A DNA stretch of 64,000 bases from Yuukianura sp. NJ FZ-2021 (lineage: Eukaryota). The notes beneath the pieces were generated by a model. It ran no database searches. It was not told where the DNA came from and was given only the letters and a program-made list of their open reading frames with translations. Each line of letters starts with the position of its first letter. Position 1 is the stretch's first letter. The stretch covers positions 6,386,001-6,450,000 of the forward strand of contig CM102286.1 of NCBI GenBank assembly GCA_046563655.1. The letters are read 5' to 3'. The translations under genes were made by a program, and so were the position numbers. Positions 1-16,014 of this stretch are shown one piece after another.

Positions 1-486
1 AGTCCACATCACTTGTTCCCCGGGATAGCTTCCACTTGATACCTCAATGTTTGGCATTAATGATATCTGGAAGAAGATATAGTATTTTCACAAAAATGCA
101 TGATTTCTTGTGATTACGATGAATACCTTCTGAATTTCGAATTCCAAACGGTCCATGTGTTCATCAATGTATGATTTCTCATTCACATAAGCTTGCGGTT
201 GAATTCGCTGGGGCTGGCGTTCATTGTGATGGGTGCTATGCGGCTCAGGTGGATATGGCCGATATTGTGACGGCAATGCAGCGGAAGACATGGGGGCGTT
301 AATGTTATTGTTGGTCGTTCCATTAAAAAAATCGAACACATTTACAGGCGGTGGTAACTGATGTGGCATTTCTCCTCGCCTGGTCCCCAATGTCAGCGCT
401 TCAAAATCACTTGTAGAAATCGGCATCGAAGCATTTTCAGAGGAAACGTCCCAGTCAAACTCGGTTTCGTCAATTCCACTATTCAT
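1..486 (-). CDS. Unknown protein, N-terminal part (gene runs off the left edge)
   Basis: ORF from ATG 486 (MNSGIDETEFDWD...EFEIQK). A GT donor at ~127 and a CAG acceptor at 67-69 give an in-frame next exon (ISLMPNIEVSSGSYPGEQVMWT) open to position 1. Upstream spliced-looking segments (~566-786, >858) lack an in-frame ATG and look like 5' UTR. No family recognised. Confidence 0.5.
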
Positions 487-1815
487 TTTAACGGTTTTCT
501 AGAAGAAAAATATGAATTTGGACATGAAGCTTTCTGCATGAGAGATGAGAATAACTTTCCTCACCTCTTCTTCCTGAGATTCGGATGCAAAGCGAATTAA
601 CGACGTCCTTCCACTCTCTCAACCTTGAACTTAATGAGGCTGGATACCGGCCACCGGAGGAACCCGGAACTCGTCGACTCGTTATAGTACCGCAACAATG
701 TCGACGAATGAGTTTGGATTTGGAAGTTGGTGTTGGTGGATGGTGATCTAAATTCGAGAGACTTTGTAATGTTGAAGAAACCAATCTAGAACAAAAAAAA
801 ATAATTACGTTGTTAATGGACGGTTATAATTACCGTTAATTACAATAAACAGCACTTACTTTCAGCTTTTCAGAACAAGTGTAGTTGTTTACAAAGTTAT
901 AAATCACATATTCAAAAATTCAAGCAAGAGATTCTGTACGTGTGTGTAGCGTGTGTTGACTAACCGACCGGGGTATACTTAAAAGGTACTCCACTCTTTC
1001 TGTGCGCACCCCCCGCCCCGTGTAGTACCAGGGCTGAGCAATGAGCATTAATCAGGTTCGATTCATTCAACATATAATTAGGTTAATTATGTAAAATATA
1101 CTCATAGGTATGTCCTGGCGAATAAATGCTGACCTAGGCTAAATTTAACAGTTAGTATTCCTTGTTCCACTACAACTACGCGTCAGTAAATGAGAAAATT
1201 GTATATTAAATATACAATTTGCAGAAAATTAAATAACCATTGATGGTCATATTTGTGGTGTAAGGGTATTGTACAGGTGGACTTTTGTTATACCTCATGT
1301 GTAAATACCTTTACGTGTTTTCTGTATTCTGATCAAGTTTTTGACACGACACACGGGTTTACTGAAAAAGCAGAAAAGACGTAAAGGAAAGGAAAGTTTG
1401 TATAGGTAGTACTGCGCTTCAATATAAGTTAACAATTCAACTGGCTTTGTACACGATTCGTGGTAAGTTGGTAATAATAAGCAATTACCCTGTAGTTTTT
1501 CGTTTTATAAGTTCGCCTAAAACAGTGCGAGTTGCAATCCGCAACTGCCATATTGCTTAACGTAAACAGCTGTTTTACTTCCAGTGTATTTATAGCCGTT
1601 TCCTATTCTGATCAATTTATATCGATCAATTTATCGCAGTTCTCTTTTTTTTTAGTTTTAGGAAGTGGACTAACTTACATCTAACACGAAACCCCGACCC
1701 CAGTCAGTTCGTCAGTTGTTTACTTTCAAGAACCGTGAATTCCTATTCTCAAGTTACAGAACTACATCAACAGAACCTTGTTAAGGTTCACTGCAAATTA
1801 GTTTAATAGAAGTAG

Positions 1816-4112
<2,297 letters not shown>

Positions 4113-4450
4113 ATAAGTTAACACTACCTACTGCAAACTTAAATGAAAACTACGTTATCAAGCACGCAAAATTTAGCGTTCAGTGAGTTTCTATTTATTT
4201 TTAAACTCCAGCGATAATAATGTTTAATTGAAGTCAACAATGCGCTGACGATGATGCTGTTGACTGATTTTGATTGCCTTTTCTTTGTCATTTACACTTT
4301 TTTGGGTATATGCTGGTAAATAATATTGGCCGAATTTTTAATTAATTAGGTACAACATCAAGACAAACCTATTAAATTTAACTATTTTGGTAAATTTCTA
4401 GTTCAAAACTTAACCAACTTGCTACTCATGGACTAATTTTTCTTTGAATT

Positions 4451-7400
4451 TTACATAGGGTAAAACTGCGTGGCTGCAGAAGACTGAAGTTCAATTTGTC
4501 CCATTTTGAATTGCAATCTCTGTACCCATTTGAGAAGCAAAATGTTATACACCGGTCCAATTCTAGCGGGATCCGAAAAGTCAATTCCGCCGGTCGTTTC
4601 TTTGTTAGCTCCAGTCACTTTTCGGGGTGAAGTGTCGTTAAGTTTTAGCCCAGGATCGGGTGGTGGAAAGCTCAGACAGTTCTGTAGTCTAACGTTTATG
4701 TGGCCGGCCAACTGAAATGCAATTTCAAGTTTTTGAAAAGATTTCATTTTTTTTTGTATATCATTGGCATTTTTTCAAAATTTCTTAACTTACGTTGCTA
4801 CTGTGTGAGTGTAGAACGGGACTCCACAATGGCAGCAGTCTGTTGAACAAACTCGAGTTACATTCGAGCAGCGATTCCATCAGCGTTAGAAAGTGCAGGT
4901 TCACCATTTCAGCCAACTGATTGAAAACAAAATTTTCAAATGATTTTTTCTTCAATTTTTAATTTTTTTTAAAGAAAATTGAATAAGCTTTACCACTTTT
5001 GAATGTGAAATAAGTTGGAGGACGGCTGGAGTAATTTTTCCCCAAAAGTCCATCAGAATGTTAGCTGAAGCGTTATGCGGATCTGCACCGGAGGAAGTTG
5101 CTTGCTGAATTAGACTGATTTGTTCCAAGTAAACTGTCCAAACCTATAACGTTTAAAACACTATTTTGAAAATTCGGGCTTTAAAAAACATAAGTTCATA
5201 CTGGCAAATATTTGTTAATTTTAATTTGTATAATTTTTATGAATTTTGTGTACCTGGCAGAGTATGAACGCGTAGAAGAGGGATGACATGTGCAGAACGG
5301 ACGCTTTGGACTGTTCTGCAAATCCAGTTAAGATGACGTGTACATGGTCAGCGACATTACACGACGCTTCCAATGGAATTGGGATGCAGGGTGTCGTCGC
5401 ATTGGTTCCCAGGATTGCAGTATGGGTCAATGCCCCTAGCAGTAGCCATGACAGGACCCGAATGTGCGAAACACAGTCCAGGAATTCCTTAGGGCTGCAA
5501 ATCATTTTTAGCGCGTTAGATTCTTGCGTACGGCAATTTCATACTGCTGTTCCTTAGAATTTTCCGTTGTTTACAATATATAAAATCTTTGCAAAAGCAA
5601 CGGATTCAAACACGTAATGGGTTTTTCAGCATACCCTTGTTGAAGCGATGACAAGGTATTGTATAGCCAAGGAAGATGACGTCCAATCGCGCGATTTTCG
5701 CGGCTATTTCCGCGCGAAATTTCGAGAGCAATGAACTGCGAAATTCCGCCTTTGATTATGCCACCGAGCACATCTTCGTTGAGGCCAAAAGCCGTTCCTT
5801 TGTAGTTACTCTATGAAGAATAGGAGGATAGATGAATACTGGACAGCAGGACTTTTTTCATTTTCATTTTCAAAATCTTTGGTACCTTAATTTTGCTCAG
5901 TGAATGAAAATCTGCCAAGAAGTCAATGGAATCGGTCAAGTGCGAGCGCATACACTCGGCAGCTCCCGTGATTGGTACCGAAGCTGGATCTCCGCCTTGG
6001 TATTTTGGAAAGTCATCTACGTAGACAAATGGAGACAGCGATCCGCCAGCGTCCTAAAAATTTGGTTTTCAAAATGTTTCAAATTTTGTATTCCCTTTCA
6101 TGCACTGTAGTTAGCGATGTACCTGGAGCACAAAAATTAGAAGTAACAACAAATTGTTGTCTGGAATGTCAGTTTTGAATTTCATGGCTTGCGCCAACTC
6201 GTACACAGCGATTCGACTCAGTAGCTGTTTCTCTCTTTCCTGAAAAATAACAGTAATTTTTAATTCGAAACCAAGATGCTATTGACTAAATTTTAGAACT
6301 CACCCTGGTGAATCCTTTGTGACACAAGTAGCAAACCTCCACGACGGAGTTGTACCTCAAATCGTAATTCTGAAGCGCAAAACTCAAAATTTTTGGAAAC
6401 GGATCTAGGATACTCTGTTAAAAAAACAAGAGCGTTTTAAAACATTATATCCAAGATGAATTTGAATCTGTTGGTTACTTTGAATGCGAAAATTCCAGGT
6501 AGCTTCAGGAGGCAGACCATTGTGCGCATGAGTCCATCGACACTGCCCATTCCAGGAAGAAGTGGAACAATTTTGCGAAAAAATATTTCACACTGTGGAA
6601 TTACGGCGCTCCATGTTGGTGATGCAGCTTCCAGTGGCAAACACTCCAAGTAAGTTGCGACATTTTCAATTAAAGGAACCAACGTTTCTATCACAAGCGT
6701 CTTCTTCGCATTCAGATTCTGTAACAAAATATCAACTTTTACTACTAACTTAACTTTACGTGAAAATTCTTTCAGAAGTATATGACTTGTTTTGGACGTA
6801 CGTCAAAAAGAAGCTGAAGCGGTGCCACCGGATTGAGTTCATTGAAATCCGCCAGGGCGTAAGCAATTGCTTTAAAAACTTCGACCTTGACGCGTTCTAA
6901 AAGAAGTGAAAACGAGTTTAAAATTGTTCAAAATTTTTCAAAAAGAAAATCTTTCAAACGTAAGTTCATGTTTTAGTTTATGGGTGAATTTAAAACCTGG
7001 AAACTTTGTCTGAAACAGTTGTGAAAATATTCCGTAAGGAGCCAGTTGATGAAGAACGCAGCGCAGAAATTGATGTGCGACGCTGGAAACTCCTCCAGGC
7101 AGGTAAAGATTGCTCTCAGCTTGCCACGGAAACAATGGTTTCACGGCAATCCTTAGCAGTGAATAATTTCAAAAGAGGTATTACTTTATTCAATTAATTA
7201 GATTAATTATAAACAGTTGATACCTGGATACTGCTTTTAAAATTTCAGGCATGAGAGGAGCTGCCAAACTGGGTTCCTTGTTTATAAAGGTTTCAATGGC
7301 GACAATACACAGTCCGAGCTCTTCGTTGTTAAAGGATTCCAGAATGGCTCCGCAGTCTCCGCAACGATCTTGGACACAGTCGTCTCCAATACGGTAGCTA

Positions 7401-10400
7401 CTTTGCTTCAATCCACACAAATGGTTCCGACTCCCTAGTCCCGGATGATCAACGCCTCTAAAATTGTGACCAAACGATCCAAATTTTCAATCTCATTTTT
7501 TCAACCTATGTAAAGCTTACGAAAATCCAACACTTTTGGAACCGTCGCCTCCACCATCGCGCTTGGTTCCATCAGAAGCCTTTCCTACTCCTGGCACATC
7601 AGCATCGATTACATGTGACTGCTTGACTAATTTCTTCGGCGAAGTTCGGATGCTCTAAAACCAAATTTAAGAGATCAAACGGCCACTGGCCATGTTGAAA
7701 TATGCACTGCATGATGGTAGTTGTAGGTGACGAATATTGAATTTGTAGTACTAAATCGTAAGTTAAAAAATATTTCACTTACCTCCGATTTTCCTAAGCG
7801 TTTTGTTTCATCTAACAAAGGAAAATAACATGTTGTGATTATGAGGTGAGCTTGTAGTTAACTAGATGAAAATTTGGAATTTCCTTTTCTTTCACCTCTT
7901 TTAGAATCCGGATCGGTGCCTAGCGACAGAAGTCGCTCCGCTGGTGGTGGCTCCAAATATGGCACAACGCCACAAGAATTTGATCTCTCCATTGTTCCAC
8001 CGTCGTCAATTCGAACAGTGGGACCTTAACAAGGAAATCCAAAAAAAAAAAAAAAATAGCAAAGTGAAGAAGTTTGGAAAAAAAAAATAATTTTTTAAAA
8101 GTATTTTTTATTAAATGGAAATACCGATAGTAATCATGTCCATCCTGGACATAGGAGACTCTGGTGATTCATAAGGATTATTCAAAGATGAACCTCTGGA
8201 CAACGATTTCACTGTTGGGGAATGCGGAGGTGGCACAACGGATGTAGCCAGTGGCAGCAGACGCTCAATCGGAGGAGCAGGAATCTTCGCAATTTGAAAT
8301 GCAGCTTGAACGCTGAGGTGCCAAGGGAATTCCCCTGCAATACTTTTGGAACCACTTTTGCTTGTGCTGCTGCTAGCGGCAGATGAAGATGATTTGGAGT
8401 CGTCCCCTCCTCCGCCCCCACCAAGAAACCAAAGTCCACCGCTTTTAGGCTTTACTTCTTGTGTAGTGGCGACAGTTAGACCGTGCCCACTACTGCCCTC
8501 AACAACTTTCGGAGTTTCACCGTGGACGACAACACGGTGAAAGGGTTGCACTTCTTCGACGCGTCCGAATTCTTCATGTCTGGACTTGGCCTGAGCCTGT
8601 ACTGAAACCACTTCTGGCTTTTCCATGAAAACTAAATCTCGAAATGAAGCCTGAAATGGACAAGGTATGTTTCGAAATAAATTTTTCTAAAATATTTTGA
8701 ATTTCAAAAAAAATCTGAAACTTTGTTACAGTTTCTGCTCCGGAGTCTACTGATTTTGGCGACTCCGGAATTGCAGCCAACTCTGGTTCCATATCAGCCG
8801 AATCCATTGATGACCTGCAACGCACGTAACAAGGTTTGCTTATTGGAGCTAAATGCTTCACCTCAATTAAATTTTGAAAATTAAATCTTGCATGAGTTCC
8901 ATAGTTTCCATCATAGCTGGTGTTTTCCTTTGTCGCGCAGAAGCAATACTGCTGGAGCTTTTCCGTGGCTCTTTTGCTGTTCCAAGTTGGGAAATCATTG
9001 GCATCATTTCTTGATCCGGATCAAAATCGCCCATGTTTAGTGTTAGTTGGCTCATGTCTAAAAACAAAAACTTCAAAAATTAAAAAAGTTGTGAAAATTG
9101 ATGGAAATCTTTAGTGTATGCTTACCGCGTGACCTTGAAGGTTCGTCCAAAACCAAAGTGGCTGGAAGCGGTCGACAACGGTGGTCCTGTCCGTTGAGTG
9201 TGTTCAGAACAATTCTTATGATACACTGGACTTGCGTAGACAATGGCGCAGTTCCATACTCATACTACCAAAAACTATTTTCTCAGCCATAATTTTTTTT
9301 TGAGTTGGTGAATTTTTTCATTTTTGAAACTAAGGTTTACCTTGTACAGCATGACGATGACCCCATTGAGCCAATATCGGCGGACGTAGGTTTCCAGACA
9401 CCAAAGAGAGTAGAAAGGGTGTGGTCGGTTACCAGCGGCTTTGTTAGGTGCTGGGGCGTACTGCAGAATTGTCAGCGACAAAGGAATGACGGAAGCGCCA
9501 ATTTTGAAATTTTGATCGACAACTTGTGGTAAATTTGCCAAAAACGAATTGAATACTGGAGAAGATCTAAGTTTCGATGGTGTAATGAAGTAGGTCTTGT
9601 CCACAGTGTTGTAGCCCATTAGCATTGCCAAGTGTCTCAGAACCGCTGTCTGTGTCTTTGCTAAAACTTTGTTCTCGCTTGGGATTGGCTGAAATAAATG
9701 AATTCACAAAATCTCAAAAAATTTCGATTTGGGGTTTTGATTTCTAATTTTTTTTTTCCAAAAACCGAGTCAAATTGAATGCAAATTTTTGACTCAACCC
9801 CGCGATTGTATCTTGACAGGAACTGCATAAAAAGAAAAACGAGAAGATGGACAGTATCTTTATCCGATTCTTCCAGTTCGATTATCCTGGGATAAAAGCT
9901 GACGAGATGAGAATCTTCGCCACTTAACAATCCATGAATATGACAATCTAAAGATGTGAAAATTTTACATAGCTAACTCATTAGAACTTTATTAAAATTT
10001 AGAATTTTACCCAACGCATGTCTGGATCCTTTTCTTCTGAGAAGAGGAGCTGAACCTTGTCTGTTATAAAGTTTATCCCGTTCAACTGAGAATTTCAATT
10101 TTAATTTATCAAAACTTGTAAATTGTTACAAATTAAAAAAAAAAACTTTTCTTGAATTTTTATAGCTACTTTGACGAGCCTGGTACAGCGGAGTTGACAT
10201 TGTGCGTTTGAATTGCCATTTATTTCCCAAGCTGGAGTAGAGCGTCTTATGACTGGTGGGTTGTCCAGATTCCGATTTGACTAAACACTCGTAGACTCGC
10301 AGAAGTTTTTTGGAAAAGTATTCAGAACTTCCCTCGAGATGTTTCAAATCTACAAAAGTAAAAAATCAATGTGTTGGAAATTTTTAAAATTCAAAAATAT

Positions 10401-13400
10401 TAGTTTTTTATGCTATAGTTTAAAGCTTTTGCTGTCACCTTTAAGAAAAGTTACTTCCCCGTTTCTTTCCATTGTAATTTGGGCTTCAAGGTAAAGTGTA
10501 TCGAAGCAATTGAGGAAGAAATCCCAGCGTAAGATTTTCCTATCGCTGACGGAATTTAAGAGGAGATAGAGCGATTGCAGAATCAGTGGACGATCGATCG
10601 ACACTGTGTCAAACTGTGTCTCTAAGCAGTACATCAAGCTCTGGAAAACGAAATTTCTGAAAAGTTGTGGGCTTGTTTATTTGCAATTTTTGCTATTTTT
10701 GAAATGTCCGAGTTTTTTAAATTTACCTGAACTGCTGAGTCATGGATTGTCCCCAAGTACAGTGCTGTTCTTTGGGCTACAGCGACATGCGGATCGTCCA
10801 AAGAAGCAATTGTGTAGCAATATGCTGACGCCATTGCAGATTGTAGTGCTTGACTGTTTCGAATAGGGTGAGTGTCCATAAAACGCGAAATTGTAATAAC
10901 TCTTTCCACTGAAATTAACGCAATTTCAACATTGTCAACTTTTAACATCTTTAATTTTTTTTTTCAAAAGACTACAAAAGAATATTTTTCTCACCTGCTG
11001 TAAACCTTGACCTCCAATCAGGATTGTGAAATTCTTCTTCAATTCGTTTCCAAAACACTTCTGCACCAATCGGAAGTGTTATGCAGTGCAGGAGAATTGG
11101 AACAGCGTTTTCGCAAATTTGACTGTACTCGGCGTCCATCAACTCCCATAAACTGTAGCAAAGAAAAAAAAAATTCTTTTTGGAGACCAAAATTTTGTGA
11201 AAAGTTGTTCTCTCAAAGTAAAAATAAAGGTCGTTTTCTTCATAATGTGAACTTACTTTTTAATAAGCAGATGCTCCTGACACCAAATCAAAAATCCACG
11301 GTGATCTTTGGAAGCTTTCAGCATCACTTCTCCATGCGTGAACAAAATTTTCAGACATTTTAGCAAATGGTACAGCACTTCCGAATCTTCTTCATCAGGA
11401 ATTTTCTACAAAATTTTGAAAAACAAAAATTATGACGCCCATACAAGACACCTATCTAAAGAAAAGTTTACAAAATTTCTATAGAAGAAGAATTCTTTTT
11501 TAAATGACCTTCAGCAGCTGATAAGTAAACTGGAGCGATGGTGGAAGTTCTTCGATGGAGAACTTGAATTTGCCCACACTCGTGAGCCAGAAATCTTTGC
11601 CAGAGTCTTCAGGTTTACTACTGCTGCTAGTGTCGCCCTCCTCAACCAAAGTGGCTGAAGCGACATGAGCGGTAGCACTGGCTGGAATTTGAAATTTCAA
11701 AAAAACAAACAAACAAATTAAAAAAAATTTAAACTGCTTAGAATAAATCCCAATTTTTACCTGTATCTGACTCTGTAATGGTGATGGCTCGTGCCACAGC
11801 TTTCATGATTTTCTCAGATGGCATTATTGGAGCCAAATCCAAGTCTGACACAGTTTCCACAGTTGCGGTTAATATCTACAAAAATATTATTTCTTCAAAA
11901 TGCTTAAGAAATGTCATTCTTTCAAAATGCTAAGTATCAAATCTTAAAAAGTTAGTTTTTCAAAATTGTAAACCTGTGGCATGTTGACAATAACTCCCTC
12001 AAGGCTCATCGTTTCTTTTGGAGACACCGAAGACTTCGTTTCAGCTTTTGGATCAACTTTCTTTTCCACTTCCAGAAACGACTTTCCTCCGAACTCTCCG
12101 TCTGGACTTGTAACAATCTACAAACCAAAGTTAATGACAATTTTCAGCAAAATAGCAAAATTTTGTACTTCGTGTCAGGATTTACGTCTGGAGGAATTGC
12201 AGGTTCTTGTGGAGCCAACTTTTGAACAATCTCCAGCGCCAACTGATACCACAAAACGCACATTTCACAAAACTGGCATTCCGTTTCCTTGTGACAAGTG
12301 TGTTTCCCTGGCCATGGCATGGCCACCATGTTGTGCAGAAGTGTCATGGCATCTTTTGCTACCAGCGTCTGAAGTCCACGGTGTTGCTCAATTTCTTGTA
12401 GCTCCAACTGTTTTAAAATTATGCGTCAGTTAAAGGATCGTTAACCTAACTGCATTGAAAAATCTGAGCTTTAGTTCAGGCATAATGTTAAGCTAGAATA
12501 TGATAATTAAACTCATATAGCACAAAGTACTAACCTGTTTTAGTGTTATGTCCAGCATGAAGATAAACGAAGAAAGCATCAACTCGCTGTCTGTTTGTTG
12601 TTCCGTTTGCATTGCTACGCTTTCCTCGTCGTCCGACAAAGAAGACGGATTTCTCGAATCATCTTGGCAAATTGCCGCTGGAAAACAAAAATTGACTTTA
12701 GAATAATTTGCTACACAAAGTAATATGTTTTAAGTTAATTTTATATATCCCAAATTTTATAAATTTCTTACATATCACTTCCTTGGTACTGTCAGCAGAT
12801 ACGCTTCCGCGCTTACTAGACTTTTCAGGCGGTTTGTTTTGGCGAATTCCTTCACGGAAAATGGAGAAAATGAAGTACAGTGGAATGACAATTTCCAACT
12901 TGGACAAAACTTGGAGCCAACGCAGCGCTTGCTCTTTGACCTTATGTGAAGTGTTGTGAAATCGAACGGCGATGAACTGGTACATTTGTCTCGCTTCGAA
13001 TCCAAGTGGATTCATTTCCGGATCCATCACCTTGCTGTTTTTTTTAAATCAAGAGATGCCAACATCAACAAAGAATTTTGGAAAAATTTTAAATTTTGTG
13101 CAATGCAAACCTCAAAATGATTTTGAGATCGTGGATTTCCTCTTCCGGAACTTCTGAAGCTACAGCCTCCATCCAGTTTGGCATAATTTGACTCCAAATT
13201 TCTGCAGTGATGACTTCGTATGGAACCAAACAGAAGATTCGGTTAAATCCTTCGCGCAAATGAAAAGTTCTTGAGGAGATTACATCCCTAGAGTAAAAAA
13301 CAACAGATGTTATATTTCAGAATTTTTTTTGCAAAAGCTTACATTTTTTTCTGAAAAGTTCAAAATCTCAAACTCACCAATGACCTCCGACCCTTGCAAA

Positions 13401-16014
13401 TTCTGGAGGATGTGGCAGAAGACAGGAAACAAAAGTTTCGAAATTGTTTTTAATTACTCGACGGAGCCACGGACACACATGATCCGTTTTCAATCTCTCA
13501 AGCGAATTGGCACTCGGATCTAAAATTACACGAATTCTTATTACAACAAAATTCTCAAGAAAATTCAAAAACTCAAGAACAAGAGTTTTTTTTTTGAATT
13601 CTTGCCATCTCCCAGGTACGCAGTTGTGTTGAACCACTGGAAGAGTACTGAAAGCAGTCTCCCAAGCACATCCTTAGGTATGTTGTCTTCCGGATTGAAA
13701 AATCCAACCAATAGCCAAATTCCATAGCGACCCATCAAGCGCCTTTCGTCTACTGGAATTGGATCAGCAAATTCACCGTCAGTGAATAAGCGCAGACGCG
13801 TTTGCTGATCAAGCGTCTCCTTCACGCCGCCACGAGTAGTCAGCGGTTCAGCTTCCAGAAGCAAGCTAAACATACCAAACTTTGAGTTTTTGAAAAACGT
13901 TTTTGAAACTCCAAACGTTGAGTTCGGAAGCTGAAAATACCTGACGATAGCTTCTACTTCATAGTTGAGAAGTGTGTTGTCCACTTTGAGTGGATTTTGG
14001 AGACATTGGTGAAATACGTGATCTCCACCACGTCGATTGTTGTGTCGGATGGAGTGACACTGGGCGCAGTATCGAATGGGCCGTGTGCCGTTATAACTAG
14101 CACATTCCGCTGAGAAGCAAATTGTCAGCGCTGCCTTATTTTCTGATCGGCAGTTCTAATATTTTGAAATTTGGAAACATTAGTTTTTAAAATTTCGAAA
14201 ATTCTGTACCCTGGAAGCTTGCAATTAACAATAACCATAGACCTTGTTTTCGCATGTGATGGCTACTTGTTGAATTGGTTGCAGAACGTCGTAGAGATGT
14301 TCTGATGCATCGGGTTGGTCATGCTGAAGCCGCGTCGAGCATTCTTGGCACAAGAACAGCGGAGGTGGATTTTCCTAATCAAAGTAATTTAATCAATGGG
14401 AAAGTGAGAATTAGAAATAAAAAATTCTTCAAAATTTTGAAAGACTACCGGAGATAGAGCTACTCCAACAGAATGGTCCAAACATATTTTGACAGCATCT
14501 GCGCAACCTCCAGCATTATTGATGCTGCACATTTCGCTTTTGCAGCTTGGTGTCTTCCATCCTAAAAATTTGTGGGCGGCAAATCGATTGAAATTTGACC
14601 ACAACAGACTTTAAAAACCAAGCATAACTGTCGAAATGAAACAAAATCAAAATTAAAATAAAATTTGAAAAACTGCAAAGAAAAAAAAATCTATACAAAA
14701 ATTCAGTATCTTTTTACCGTTGAACTTGAACGTAATGCTTCTTCTGTCATAAAGCGTTGGATTCAAGTGTGGCCAGTAGTACACAAGGAGGTTGATGGCT
14801 ACGTTTCTGGCTTCAACAGTTCCATAAGCGATGACACAGAATACGTCCTTGACCGCATCACGCTTCAAACTCATCACGCACTCCATCAACTGACTATGAA
14901 ATTCTAAAAAAAAGTAGCCATAGAATAGAATAAAAAAAAGCATTTTTTTTTGCATTCAAATTGTAGAAAAGTCATAATTTTTGTTATTTCATAAAAATCA
15001 TAAAACTGAACCTGAGCTCGTGGTGTACTGAAGCACCATCATAAGTACTGCCGACACAGATTGGGCTGCATAGTTGTTCTTATCAGTCATTTCGTGACAG
15101 TTATCTGCAAATATAAAATCACAACTTTTTCAATTTTTAACTAATTTTTGAAATTTTGAGTAAGATTGTGATGAATTTGTGTTTTACAAAGTGTGAATGG
15201 AAGCAAGTAGTGGCACAGAAGATCGATAATTTCCTGATGGAGCGAAGATGGAAAAGTTCCGAGTGAAGCAGCCACGATATACGGAAGTGTAGAGATGGAA
15301 TCATGATCCAGAAATGGAAGTAGGCATCCAATCGTTTGTAAAATGGATTGACCAAAAGCTAACATAGCGACAAAGATTCCACTTGTTAAGGTCAAAGGTC
15401 ATAATCTTTTGCAGGATTTTTGTCATACCTTGCACTCCAAATTGGATCATGGGAACGACATCGATGAGTTGGATGACGACACTGAAGAGTTCCTTGTAGT
15501 CGAGACTGGGAAATAGTTGTAGTCTAGCTGCATCTTCGGCCTTGGATTTTAGCATTTCCAACGGAAAGTGTGGCACGTCCTTCAGAACCACTAAAACCAG
15601 TTAATCTACATTTTAATCCACAACAACACGAAAACGCACACACCAAACCTAACCAAAACATTAACTTATTTAGGCAATTTGCAGTTGAGCTCTTACGTTA
15701 TAGTGAATTGCTAACTATAATTTTATAACTAATTAACTAAAAGTTAGTTAATATTTGTTCCGTTACTGAGGAGTGTTTGCGAAAAGTGTTTGAGAGTATT
15801 GGCAATATCCAGCCCAGTTGGAAGCGGCATCACTCCATTTGTTAGCCGGACTTGGAAGTCTTGCAGGTTCCGGATTTTGGCCGTAACTTCAAATGTTAAA
15901 ACAAATAGTTAATTGTTTTTCAAAACTAAATTTAACTAGTCAAAACCAGAATAAATATTTTTGACAAGTCTGTTTTAATTAATTTTGCTTACAAGCGGCA
16001 GCTCGAGTTCCCAT
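4451..16014 (-). CDS. unc-79: Protein unc-79 homolog (NALCN channelosome subunit), many short exons
   Basis: ATG 16014 gives MGTRAAAFTAKIRNL...DIANTLKHFSQTLL, matching the UNC79 N-terminus as I recall it. Conserved blocks: CVAHIRxLSWLLLGAL-like (CVSHIRVLSWLLLGAL), SVLHMSSLFYAFILCQ, LLFxYWPHLNP-like (LLVYYWPHLNP), SSAATQFYPM* at 4451. Exons join in frame where checked. Confidence 0.93.

Noticed and set aside
1022..1070. tRNA / Pol III gene suggested by B-box-like GGTTCGATTC at 1055 (or a 7SL RNA next to SRP54)
   Set aside because: No cloverleaf stems, no convincing A box and no 7SL-like sequence.
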